A stretch of 64,000 nucleotides of DNA from Azolla caroliniana (Eukaryota > Plantae > Polypodiophyta): assembly GCA_043228905.1 (NCBI GenBank), contig JBHGNT010000005.1:3658001-3722000 (forward strand), read 5' to 3'. Positions within the stretch are counted from its first letter, which is position 1. Each line of letters starts with the position of its first letter. The position numbers and the translations under genes were made by a program. Under the pieces are notes generated by a model that saw only the letters and a list, made by a program, of their open reading frames with translations, had not been told where the DNA came from and did no database searches. Positions 12,596-25,800 of the stretch are shown in pieces.

Positions 12596-14038
12596 ATGGC
12601 ACCAGCAAGAAGAGAGGTGGAGAGGAATGAGGCGGAGCTGGAGCAGCATTATTGCGGCGGCGGCGGCGGCGGCGAGGATGATGAGCAGCGGCGGGCCATC
12701 ACGATGTATCAAGTGGCGGTGGTGGGCCTGGGGATGATAGGCTCGGCGGCGGCGCGCCATCTGTCAGCAATGGCCGGCGGCTCCTCCTCCTCTGTGGTGG
12801 CCATCGGCCCAGCCGAGCCGGAGACGGCCAATTGGGCGGAGCACCGCGGCCCATTCGCTTCCCACTACGACCAAGGCCGCCTCACCCGAATCTCTGACCC
12901 CGACCCCGTGTGGGCGAGGCTGGCCACCAACTCCATAGCTCGCTACCGCGGCCTGCAGGAGTCGACGGGCATCCGCTTCCACTACCCCGTCGGCTGCCTG
13001 CGCATCGAGCATGCGCGCAGCGATGGCCTCCTTTCATCCTTCCACATTGGCAGGCAGTGCGGCGCTGCGCAGTCCAAGCTCCTGCAAGACGCGGCCGCCA
13101 TGAACCGATCCTTCCCTTTCTTCTCCTTCCGGGAGGGCGACGCCGCCATCATGGAGGGCGGCGACGCAGGCTACATCAACCCGCGGAGCATGGTGGCGGC
13201 GCAGCTCAAGGCGGCGGAGGGCAATGGCGCCTTCATCCTGCGGGAGGCGGTGAAGGAGATCATCCCCATAGGGAGCGCGGTGAAGATCGTGACGGAGCAG
13301 GGGAAGGCGGTGTGGGCGAGGAGAGTGCTGGTGTGCGCCGGCTCTTATTCTACCTTCCTGCTGCCACCGGAATCGGCACCGGCACCGGCACCTGCACCGT
13401 CCAGCGGTGGTGTGAAACCGAGGCGGCTGGCTCGGGGGACATCGGTCTTGGATCTGCGGACCTATGCACGGACCGTGGTGCTCGCGGAGGTGGATGGGGA
13501 GGAGGAGGAGGAGCGGCTTGCGGGGATGCCCACCTTCATTTGCCAGCCGCGGGACAATGCGGTCCTCGATTGGGTGTACGGTTGCCCGCCCATCAAATAC
13601 CCCGACGGACGGACAATGCTCAAGATCGGCGGGACGGCATGGGCCGCCACTGAATTGGGCGGCAGCGAGTCCAAATTGGGCGCCTGGTTCCGGAAGGACG
13701 GCGGGAGCAGCGAGGAGGCGGCCGCCCTCGAGAAGATGCTGGCCCAGCTAATGCCGAAGCTCCGTGTCCGGCCTGGCGGCATCGCGACCAAGCCGTGCGC
13801 GGTGTCCTTCACGGCTCACGGCCGGCCCTACATCGATGCCGTGGATGGGGATCGGACGGCGGCCACGGCCCGCGTGTTCGTGGCAGCGGGCGGGTGCGGT
13901 GCAGCCGCCAAGTCTTCGGACGAGATCGGGAGGCTGGCAGCTCTGCTCGTGTGGAACGGCCGGTGGGGTTGCTCGGATTTGGACCCGAAGCTTTTCCGGG
14001 CAGTATTCAAGGCAGCAGTGGGTAGTGGGGAGTTATGA
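12596..14038 (+). CDS. Intronless FAD-dependent oxidoreductase of the sarcosine oxidase / DAO superfamily (480 aa from the ATG at 12596)
   Basis: Rossmann motif VAVVGLGMIGSAAARHL, FASHYDQGRLTR, GYINPRSMVAAQ, VLVCAGSYS, YPDGRTMLKIGG, PCAVSFTAHGRPYID and GGCGAAAKSSDEIGRLAA. Uninterrupted GC-rich ORF with good start context (gccATGG) after a (GA)n leader. Confidence 0.93.
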   Translation: MAPARREVERNEAELEQHYCGGGGGGEDDEQRRAITMYQVAVVGLGMIGSAAARHLSAMAGGSSSSVVAIGPAEPETANWAEHRGPFASHYDQGRLTRISDPDPVWARLATNSIARYRGLQESTGIRFHYPVGCLRIEHARSDGLLSSFHIGRQCGAAQSKLLQDAAAMNRSFPFFSFREGDAAIMEGGDAGYINPRSMVAAQLKAAEGNGAFILREAVKEIIPIGSAVKIVTEQGKAVWARRVLVCAGSYSTFLLPPESAPAPAPAPSSGGVKPRRLARGTSVLDLRTYARTVVLAEVDGEEEEERLAGMPTFICQPRDNAVLDWVYGCPPIKYPDGRTMLKIGGTAWAATELGGSESKLGAWFRKDGGSSEEAAALEKMLAQLMPKLRVRPGGIATKPCAVSFTAHGRPYIDAVDGDRTAATARVFVAAGGCGAAAKSSDEIGRLAALLVWNGRWGCSDLDPKLFRAVFKAAVGSGEL

Positions 14039-15699
14039 GGAGAGAGGCCAGCTATGGCTTCATCTCTTCTAAGAGCTGAAGTCTGCACTAGTAACAAAAA
14101 CAAAACAAAAAGAAGACACTGCAAGACCAGGACCAAGACCAAGACCAAGACCAAATGGCATTCAAACTAATTACACTAAACTATGGTAGTAGAGTTATGT
14201 AGTTAGTATAGTGGTGGTGGAGTCCTTTCTTTGTGATGTTTTTTTCTTTCTTTTGTTCCTTTTGGATTGGAAGGGCAGGGGAGGGGGGTTAATTATGCTT
14301 CTCGAGTTCTTTCAACCATTGCCTTGGTCTCTAGTTTTTTTCATGGCACTCCACCTCAAGCATTTAACCAACCAATTCTCCCTCATGCAATTCATTCATT
14401 CCTCTTTGTGGAAGCCAATCTCTTCTTCTTTGGTATAGATAGATACCGAAGATCCTCCTACATTTGGCACCCGCTGCCATGTTACCAATGCTTCATCCCC
14501 CGCCTTTTTCCTCAACACCTCGTTTCCATCTCCATTTTCTCAATTGTTCCGAATATATACATGAAAGTTTTAACATTACACACAAACACCGCATTGTTGG
14601 TCTCTGCTATAAATTTCTACACCCTTTACCAATGCGAAAAACAATGGGATTTGCTTTGGGCCTTGTTTGTTTGCTTGCTTGCTTCTTAGCTCGTTGACAT
14701 TGTGGTATTTAATTGCAATGTAAACACACTCGATTGTAATTCATAGATGATTTTGTCAATAGAGAAGCTTTTATTTTAGATGAGGTTTTAGTTTGGTTTG
14801 TTTCTTGGTTGACCATCTCGCTTCCTCTTCTTGTGTGCATGGAGTGTTTTGACCCTTACAAATAACATTCTTAGGAGTGGGGAGTGTTTTATCATCTGAA
14901 GAAGCAAGTCTCTAAGTAGAGAGGGAGGGGTTTGACCCATCAAAAAGCAAATCTTATTGTATCCCATTGTGCGAGATTGCGAGGGATTTTGACAAAAAAA
15001 TACAAATAGCAACCCATCACAAAGTCGTGTAAATGGAAAGATCGAGAAGGGCATGAGTTCCTCGTGTTTTGCAATCTTCCTTTTTCTTTTCTTTGGTTCC
15101 TCCTCGCTCAAAGTTGTAACGAATGGCTCTATAATGTTGAAACATATTATCTTCTTATAAAGGTGTTGTAGTAGTCTCATCTTACAGACACTATTCTACC
15201 ATTCTAATAGTTACAAGTTGTAATGCAAGTAACCAACCAGTCTTTGTGGAAGTATGATTTGATTGGACCCATTTCCTGTGGTTTGGGAAGGAAGTAACTA
15301 AATGATACAAATTTTTTATCTACAATAAATAAGCATTTCTCCATCAAAGTGCGGAACTACTTATGAAGAACCCATTATATGATGGCTCTTTCATTGTGTT
15401 CCACCCATACATGCTCTAAATCACACACACATTCTATTCAAGAACATTCAAAGAAATATGTATAATGAAGATGTTGCTTTTTTACAAGTTAGTTGTGTCC
15501 CAATATGTTTCGACATGTAAACACCCATGGATGGCCACCTTTCCTCTATTATGCATGTGTGTTGATGTTCTACCACCGCTACAAGCTCCTAAAGTACCTT
15601 TTATGTACTGAGTCCTCTTTCGATTATGATCTATAATACCTCGTGTATGTACAAGACCTATTGTTATTTTAATTTACCTATAGTTTTTGCCTTCAATGT

Positions 15700-17065
15700 T
15701 TTCCAAGAAACCATATATTTTTATGGCCAATGTTAACGACCATGAGGCCAAAATATCATATAAAGCTCTCTAATAATATATTTTACATACTAGAATCGAG
15801 GAAGAATCAAAATAAAGCATATGGAACCAACTAAGCATAATCAAGTTCCAATGATGCCTTTAATATTATTCCCTATTAGTGATTTTAAATCAAAAGTAGC
15901 TTAATGCATGAAACAATAAACAAGACACCTAAATTGTAAGATCTCCATAATTGTGCATAATATCAACCGCCCAAGTTCTAACCATAATCGATCCACTTTT
16001 ATTGGGTTGTGACACGCCCAACTGGAATGACTATGTTAGCTTCATGCATTTATAGTTTTATTTACTATAGTATATTTGTGTTTTCTAATTAAAGTGGTAA
16101 AGCGTCCACCCTATATACAAGATCTCTCTTGAAGTGTAGGTAGCTATTTCTTGTAATCCTTGGTATTGTAAGTAATAGGTGGCTCCTCCTCTTAATATGC
16201 TCTTTCATTATTAAATTTAAACCCCACCTAGTAGCATTATCGGTTTACAAGAAATGTGCCATTTCAACAAGCTTAAACCTAGAAGCATGACTTTTTTCAC
16301 TTGTTGCATTAAATTATACTAGCAATGTGTTTTCTTTGAAAGGTTGCATGTCAAATTTTCAATTTGTCTCCTAGTTAAAGACTAACTAGCCACATAGCTC
16401 TTTGGATGCAATCTAGGCGGCCCAATCAATGAAATTCATTACATCTCTCCCAAAAGTCGTGTTGTTGATTATTGATACATTCACTTGTGATGGGTTCTAA
16501 GTTCCAGCATGAGAATGTGAGCTATTGATTGATTGATGATGTCTAAATTGTTCACAAACATTTGGACAATGCTTAACTACTTTTATCTACCTTCAAGCAT
16601 GAATACACTTGCATCGTTTCTTATGATGAAACCACTAAAGTTCGAGAAAAAGGCTTCTCTATACATTTTGACACGTCAAAACCTTTTCAAGAATATATTT
16701 GTGGTTGTTGAAGCTCCAACGAAAAAAGCTTGTGTCGGCTCATTAGTTAGCACCTTTAAATTTGGTCTCTTAATAACCATTGTCCCACTGGAAAAGCTGG
16801 TCGCAACATGATTGGGATCTACAAAGTTAATGATTGTTTGACAACGAACTTCCTTTAAAAATAAAATAAAATGGAGGATTATTTCTAGATATCGAATTAG
16901 CTGCATTTCCTTGACAATATGTAGCAAATGTGGTTTTCTGTATGAAAACGAGTAAATGTTGTTTCCCGGTCAAGATTTGCGATAGTTGCTTAAGTTGGTC
17001 GAGTTCATTACCATTATTAGTAAATATGAACACATGTTTTGAGAAAAAACTTGACCATTTCAAAT
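15700..17065 (-). mobile_element. Decayed hAT-family transposase relic
   Basis: KHVFIFTNNG...LTGKQHLLVFIQKTTFATYC resembles the hAT FIYNH...TxGKELLRPAxTRFATNF stretch. Many stops and frameshifts. Confidence 0.35.
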
Positions 17066-19890
17066 AAACATATGTAACTAAAAATTATCATTATTAATAT
17101 ATAATCACATGATAATGCAAAACATTACATTCATATGTAAAACATAATCTATATTACGAAGGAGAGTGGTGAAGCGATTACATGAGTTTGCTCGTGGAGA
17201 ATGAAATGTTACCATGAGTTACAAAAAACATTTAACCATCGACCATAGAGAGAGATTCTTAAAGATATTGGACAACTACAAGGAACCAAAGAAGGCCTAA
17301 ATGTAATTGTCGGTGTAATGTTGATGAGTAAAATGTAATGACTAATAATGGAACATTGATTCTTTACCCTCGGCGTAATTGTAAAGGTAAAAAGCGAGTA
17401 CGAATAACCGTTGTAAACAAAAGAGGTGGCCTCGCAGTTATCAATGAGCTGTCAAGGTTATTGCAAAGAGCCCAAAAGGGTCAAGAAAGACCGGGCTGAA
17501 AAGAACTATGAAGGTAGCTACAATGTTGAAGGTTTCTTCTTTTCCCTGAGCCAAGTAGTGCAATCCATGATAGGATACTCGAGCTTTTCTAGTTCTTCGA
17601 GGGGGGGGGGGGGGGGGGGGTGTATGGTGAATCTGTGGCATAGCTGTCTCGAGGTGTCTAGCAAGGGATTTCGAAAGGGGAGAATTCGATATCTTGGGTA
17701 AGATGAAATAATTAAGAAAAGAAAAGGAAAAGAAATGTAGGAGACATATATATATGTACAAAATATATGTATATGGAGGCGAGGTAGGGGGGGCCACGCA
17801 TACTTTCCGATCTCTCTCTTTGTGTGTCTTTTTATTTTAATTTATTTACACATATGTCCACGTTCATGGTGATAGTTCCATTATCATCATCATCATCATC
17901 ATCATCATTACATCATCATCATTATGATGATGATGATGATGATCATCATCATCATCTCACTAGCCAAGGGAAGCAAGCGATGGATAAATTTGATTGATGG
18001 TCCATTCCTTCCATCTAACTACATATATATTATATGTACTATAATTTATTATGGATGGTCTTTCAGATTTCTTCTTTCCTCCCAAAACAAAAAGAAAAGA
18101 GAAGTGAATGAGAGAGAGAGAGAGAGAGAGAGAGTGTGTGTGTGTGTGTGCGTGCGTGTGGGGGGCAGTGAGCAGTATGCAGGCAACACGTCCCACCCTG
18201 ACGCGCTCCACACGCAGGAGCACCACGACGACCCGCCAGCCACCATTTTCCTCTTTTCTTCTTCAGATACCTCACAGTCACCATCCAAAATTCAAATCCA
18301 TCTCATTCGGAATTCCCCTTCAGGAAGAAATGGATGGATACCTGCATTATTTATCCACGTGCATCATCGTCATCTTCTTCTTCTTCTTCCTAATCCTCTC
18401 CTAGGGCGTGGGGATCGGATCGGATCCAGTCAGTTAGCCCCCCCCCCCTCCCTGTTCTCTGTATGTCTTGTCTAATATATGTAATCAATGCGCCTGCCTG
18501 CAGGCAAAACACACTCCAGGCGAGCGCGCGGCACACGACGCAGGAGGGAGGGAGTCCCAAGTCAAATTTCTCCCAAACCGCATATTCCTTCCTGCAAATA
18601 CATATTCCTCTCCTCTCCTCTCCTTCTCGGTCTTCGTCTCTCTGTCTGCCTTCATCACCACGTAAACTCTACTACATTCTTTAATGTGCTTTTGGCAGCT
18701 CCTTAACCAACACCCCATTTTTACAAATACAAATACAATATAATATACACCACCATTTGACACAATTCCCCTTTCTTTCCCATTCCCTATGTCCACATGT
18801 CCACACAATCACACACACATGCATATTATTCTATAGTTCCTCTTCATAGATCTTCTTCCGCACACCGCATCTTCCAAGGACACGTCCAACTTCTCACCCG
18901 TAGCCTCCTCATTTAATATCGACACTTCTCTTCTACTTTTGAAACGCTCTCTTCCCTGTGTGTGTTGCTATACGAGGAGGAGCCATCAATGTACCCAACC
19001 ATCAATTCCACTTTTTGGCTCCATTTTGAACTAATGCCAATGCTTTGAACGATTCCTTTTGCATTTCTGCCAATATATAATGATTCCTTGCCCATATGTA
19101 ACCCTTGTGCTCACAACATCTTCACCCTATTCAAAACTAGGTTCACATTGACATTGTATTTATGTTGCCTCATGTGTATGTCTACTCTATGTCCCTTTCC
19201 TCTCATTCTCATTTTCAGCCCCCCCCCCCCCCCCTTCCCTTTCTTTTATGTGAATGACAAATTATATTAGGAAATTAACTACTCATATTGGCACCATGGT
19301 TGACAAAGCACCATGTTGAACTCATTATTTATGTTCAACTATATTGCACTCTATATGTAAATACTTAAATACCATTACTTTGTAAAAATAGTTCAATAGA
19401 AGCACTTGGCTGAGGAACACCATTATAGCTTCCCCTAAAAAGGTCCCCTTCCCAAGTGAAGTTCAATTAGAATGCACATATCCTCCATAGATTTCTAGAA
19501 TGTTGTAAATTATTTGGACATGCGACAACCATATGAGAACTAAGAATTCTTTGGACAAGCTTTTATTCCAATAGCATATGGACTAATTTTTATACTCCAG
19601 ACTAACTTTACGCTATTGGACATCTAAAATCTCGTAAAAAAATTCTTTGAACATGCAATGATCATCTGCTGCTTTGAAGATGGATATCTCCAGCCAGCAG
19701 AATTTTCATTAACTTGCACAAAGTCTGACTTGAGAGACTTAATTGATCAAATGTTTATGGAAGATACAAAGATATTTAATTGTAAACGTTCACATATATT
19801 TCAAGTTAACAGTCATAAACTGATTCAAACTTTAAATCGAATATTCATATGCAGGTGAAAACTTTCTCTGCCTTGAAGAAAATATCAATC

Positions 19891-22800
19891 TCATGCATAG
19901 AATTCTACAGGGTTCTGATTAGTAGAGACTCTTCTTAACAACCTTTTGTCTACATCTGGGCGTTTATCTATATGTTCAGCTTGGTGTTCCATCCAATACT
20001 TGTGTGTCGTAAGAACACGATCCAATAAATCTTGTGGAACTGACTCTCCTCTGCGTTGCTGAGGTGCTATCTGGGCTGTGCGAACAAGAGTCTTCCATTT
20101 GTCCTGGAAACCCAATCAAACACATTAACAAATTACATGGGTTAGTCCAAACAATGCTGCCTCATAAAATGTTTGGAACGTTTTTAAATTGGAACAGTAT
20201 AAACACTTCCATCAAACAAAACAATGCCTTATTGTAGGATAGGAGCGTTTTTCTTTTAATGGAACAGTATACAAAACATTTCTATTCAATCAAAACAATG
20301 CCTTAGTGTAGACTTGCAGTTTTTTTCATAACACTTTTCATTCAATCAAAACAATGCTTCAATATACATTTGAACTGTTTCTTTACTGGAGCAGTAAATA
20401 CAAAACTACAATTCAGCCCAACAATGCTGTCTTACAATACATTTTAAGCGTGTTTCTAATAGAATAGTATATAACCTTAAGATCCGTGTATGTCCTGCAG
20501 CTACCTTGTTCAAATGCCAACTGCTTTATTTCTCGCCACCTGTAAAAATTTAGCAATGCAAAATGAGCATAAATTACAGATTATAAAGTAATTCAAGCAT
20601 GATCCAATGCCTTTGTCTTCACCTGCCAGTTCCAAGTGTTTCAACAGCATTTACCAACGCCTCCACTTCGATGACCGTGAATGGTCTGCGGATTCTGCGT
20701 TTTCCACTGGCTATATTTTGTTGACTGTTTATCATTCCTGCAATCTTAGTATCTTTCTTTCCAGTGTGTAAAACGAATGCACTAACTGATTCAGCAACTA
20801 TACCACGATCTTCTCCTGTTTCTGTAAATTATATTATGAGCAGTTCTACGCTCTCTAATTCTCCACAGGACAATTATTAAAACCTACCTTGTTCACTTCG
20901 TAATGGATGTGTCCCTGCTTGCTGTAAGCATTCTCTACCATTGCGTATACTTTTGGTATTTGCTTGAGTATGCTTCCTCAGAGACAAAAATGGATACCTG
21001 TGCATGTTTATCTAAATGGAAAAATGGATACCTGTGCATTGCCTAAACTAAAGTGATCATCCAACGCATAATAAATATTAATTCAAAATACAAACACCAA
21101 AGCACGTGATATTGATATATATGGCAACAATGTTTAAATGCAGTAGCAGCACTTCAAGATGAACTCACTGTTGTGTGCTTTTGGGTAGATCTATGACTTT
21201 CCTTCTAGCTCCTGTGTCACCTGATGTCTAATAAGAACAATTTTGGGCATCACTGATCCTCATCTTACATTACGTCTCGGTGTGAAAAGGTCTAGGAAAC
21301 CATTCAAAGAGGGAATATTGTGCAATGCACACATAAATCTCATTTAATTAGAACATCCCTTCATGACATGGCTAGGTAAACCATAAATGGCTACAAGCTA
21401 GTTCCTCTAAAGCTCTATGTGTAACAGCCTATCCTTATCCCAGCTAATGCAAAGGAATCCTTATCTTTACCATTGCTAAAAGGGATACCCATAGGTGGGT
21501 CAATGTTGATTAATCTCAAATCCTGGCTGCATAGCTACATCTCCGACAGCTCTAATCATACAAACAGCCTATCCATAACCCATCACCATGAGGATAATCT
21601 AAGAGGTTAGCCCATTATTGATTCATATTTTTAGGAGGCTAGGTTCCCTGAATGGAATGACTAATAGTGAGCCATCAGAGTAGTACTCTTGATTTGATCC
21701 ATGTCTTGCTTGATGATATCTGCCCTAACCACTCTATTCTGTGTTTCTGTCTTATCTAGATTGGGGCAATCTAGGCTGTGCTGCAATGGAGCATTGAATC
21801 TATAATCAATGTCATGTCATGTCTATGGAAACCAACATGATGGAAAGTGGACTCATTGCACATAGATTAACAATGGATTGTCTGTTGCTTGATGCTATTC
21901 CATGCTAAACCTCTATCTTTAAAGATAAGATATCCTGTACGATGACTGAATCATATTTTGTCATAATTCAATAGTATAGGATTTTTCTGTCCTTCTATTT
22001 GGAGATTTTATAACTCCAGTTTTAGGTAATTCATTTGGTTGTATCCAGCAGTGAGACACTGATATCACTCTTTCTTTGCAAAAAATAAAATCCCTATCTT
22101 TTCTAAGCTTGAGAAACCACAATCCACATGAGAAGTTGTAGAAGGAATACAAAAACTTACCGTGTTCTGTGTTGGTTTCCTACATTGGAAAGACAAAGAC
22201 GGGGTACAGTACTTTCGGCATTTGAACTCTGATTTGGTTTCAGCATGAAAGCCAACGAATTTAAATCTTCATTACATGCTATACCCATTTCAAGTAGTTT
22301 TCTACTCTCATCAGAAACGTGTCTTCCTTCATGGAGAACATGAATGTGCAAACCTCCCCCAAGAAGTCTAACAGTTGCATCCATCACAGCTTTCTAGACT
22401 AGGAAAAAGAACAGGGTTATTCTAATACTAATAATAAACTTAAAATATGCCTTCTATTGGCAAAATACATGTAGATGGCATGCCTTCAAATTTGCAACAG
22501 TTGCAGTTTCTGGAAGATCTATTGAGAGTTCTGGAACAATGAAAGATGTGATGTTGACCTTGAATTTCGGAGAATCTAAATCCACAATGAGTATGGGGAA
22601 AAGTTAAAGATTGTATATGGAAAATGAAAATTTGATTCAATTGATTAACCGCTGATTTAGTTAAATCAAATGTAAATAATTTAAAAGGTTGTAAATGGTA
22701 AAGGGACAACCTTGTGGTTCATTGAATTTCTTTGCATTCCACTTTAATTTTGTAGTTGCAAGGGCAGCAGCATGACTTGAATCCATTTCTGGATAAGAAT

Positions 22801-25800
22801 AAGTATTAAACGGTATTGCATTTACTGGCTTATTTGTTTTAGAAAACGTTATTTTTCGAAAAGATTTCACATTAGAAACAGAACTCACCCAACCCCCAAT
22901 ATTCCTGTTAGCAGACACGCTTGACTATGATCTTCCATCCATCTTTCTAGAAGATGCCAAATTTTATCAGTACACAATTACATCATGTGTATAAAAGTTG
23001 GTGCCCATTTGCCTGTTTAAGACATGTCGTCCTTCACATTACTACATTTCAGGGAGGATTGTTTATCCACTCTTTTTACTGGTGCTCAGTGTAAACGTTA
23101 TTTATACATCTGAAGGCTTGGGGGATGTATCGAGATATTCTCCAGTCCCTCAATTTAGATCATAAAAGAGGAGAGAATAGATTAAAGCAGATGTCTAGGA
23201 AACCCTGGGACACAGCAAGGACTCAGACAGCCTGGACATGGAGAGAGCAACAACTTAACATTTGTCATAGGAAATTTATCACCAAGGTGCTACGAAGGCA
23301 ATGGCTATAACTCATTGAAGCAGCAAACTGACATGGTTGAAACTTGATGTTTTCTACTTACCAAGTGTTTGCTTGTGTTTTTTATCTACCTGTTTATTTT
23401 ATGTGTTCCTGCAGTATTTTGACCTCAGTGCTCACGATTTGACTTCCCGAATCATGTTTCAAAACAGCGAAAAAGAGCAACCCTCATGCTTCTCAACGTT
23501 TTGAAGCTCTACAATTCCAATCCTCTATGTTCCATTTATTAAGTTTAAATTGTAATGAGTGTCATTTTTAAAAATCTCACGAGATCACATTTCCCAGTCC
23601 ACATCCTGTCTCTGTCCCTATCCCCATCCCCCATTCCATGTGACTCTGGATTATAGTACATACAGTTTATGGATTCCAGCATCTGCTGAGAGATGTAAAC
23701 TCTTCCTCATTATAAAGCTGACTGGAAAGTCTCAGTCCCTTTGTAACCCGGCCAGCCAATCGGCACATGATGTAATAATTTTTCGGTCAAAATGCAGTGT
23801 ACAAACAGAGTGATAATATCTGATTCACATCGCCGCTATAAGAGTGCAGCACATTTCATGGTTCAGAAGCATGGAAGCATCACATTAACAAGCAAAACAA
23901 GGTAAAGGCTCTTCAACCTGTATGTCCTATGTGCCCTCCATAAACCCTCGTAAGATGATCCTCCCCCAATGGATCATATAAAGATCTTTCCATCTATGTG
24001 AGATCCTCTCTACGAACACTGAGCTTGTTGAGTTGCTAGTAAGGCAACATTCAAGCCCCCTGGCACCAACCATATGAATGAATATAAATGGCACTACCCA
24101 TGATGCATCCAAAGCATGCTTGAACCAATAGCTAAAAGTTTATATATATGACAACCAAATTTAACAAGTTGAATACCAATCTGCTTCCATTGTTTCATCT
24201 TATATCCTAAATAAATGACAAATGCAAAATGCCCACATCCATTAACATGGGGACTTCAGACTAGGTAATGTGTAAATGTGTGTATCTTGGAAGATAGTAT
24301 CATAGTGTCTAATGGATTTCTAAAGCAAAATACAAGTGTTTCTCAACATTGGAAACAAAAATTGTTAGTTGGAGTTGCAGACTAGAGATTTCTCCTATCA
24401 TGTGAATCTTGAAATAAACCGACTTGGTTTCATTTATCTACAATGTTGTTTCAGCTATTACAGTACAAAAAATGCTAGGTCATAACCGAGACACTGTTTT
24501 CTGCTGAAATGGGTATTAAACATCAAATAATTAGATCCTAAAATGACATGTAGCAAAGATTCACTCTGAGTATAAAGAAGCTACTATGAAACTAACCATC
24601 TGAATCTGACGATTTGAGGCCAGTAGACTGGTTGCACCTGCCACATACCAAAGAGGACCTGCAGAACTTTGTGTGTTGTCGTATATGGTTACACATACAA
24701 TCACCACCTTTATCATGAGAATCTATGAAGAAACACAATATCAGGATTTATCTGTGCTTGATGATTGCCTACATATCTATCAATCCATGTTACGTACCAC
24801 AATTTTGAAAGAGTTTACTTTTGGATCCAGTGAAAGGTGGTTGAATTGGATGTAAAGCTTCTCCAAACAATAGTGTTGAAGTTGCTTCCAGTGGGACTGA
24901 TACATTATCGTCATCATCTCTCGCTTCCAATGAGCGAACTACTTCTTGTGTGAACTCTGACTTCCCTACCACATACCTAAATTCCCCGGATATCCGCGCA
25001 TGTAAACTAACTGGTAATTCTTTGCTACTTTCAGAACTTGGGGATGTCAGATTTTCATTTATGAGGTGTGAGGTCTGTGCAATCATGCTACAAACTTCAT
25101 CTCTTACATTTTGAACCAAACTATGACTGCAGTTTGCTTCGTGGTCCTTTGGATGTATCTTCTGGCCAGGATTTCTCTTATGTAGCAATCGTCTTCCTGT
25201 CTTCAAAACATCAGCATAACTTAATCCATTAATACTAGAGGACTCGTTTTGCAGATTTGCTATATTGCATGCAGATCATATTTTCATGGCAGATAATTGA
25301 CTTCACGAAGTTTTCACCTGATATGCTACCATTGGCTGGTTCCTCGGCCAATATCCTTACTTTTCTCGTAATCATGCTCTGGTATGTACATGAATGCTGA
25401 ATTTCCTCTATCTTTACGTCCTTAGCTTTGATGATGTTGCAGTTATCAATCGGTATTTGGGCCATATCTATACAATCAGCAATTGGAACGTCATTCTGTT
25501 TCATTGAATATACCTTTCCAACCTGCAACAGAAGTTAGCTGCCCAAGAACATCAAGTTACGTGGCACTTTCTCTACTTCAAGTCAATGCTCAGTTCACCC
25601 GTGAAAACATCCTCTTTAAGGGTCTTAAAGATTATATTGTCACATATGTTCGCAACTTTACACGATCAGTTAAGTGAGATAACTAGACTGGCACAAATCT
25701 TTGTAAATTAGAGATTCTATAGGCATAATTTCACAAGCATGGCACGAATTTATGGCTCCATTTTTACCATTGATCATACGCATGGTCACAAATTTCCCTC

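Noticed and set aside
12764-14154. Overlapping alternative-frame and antisense ORFs inside the oxidase gene
   Set aside because: Expected by-products of high GC content, with no recognisable motifs.
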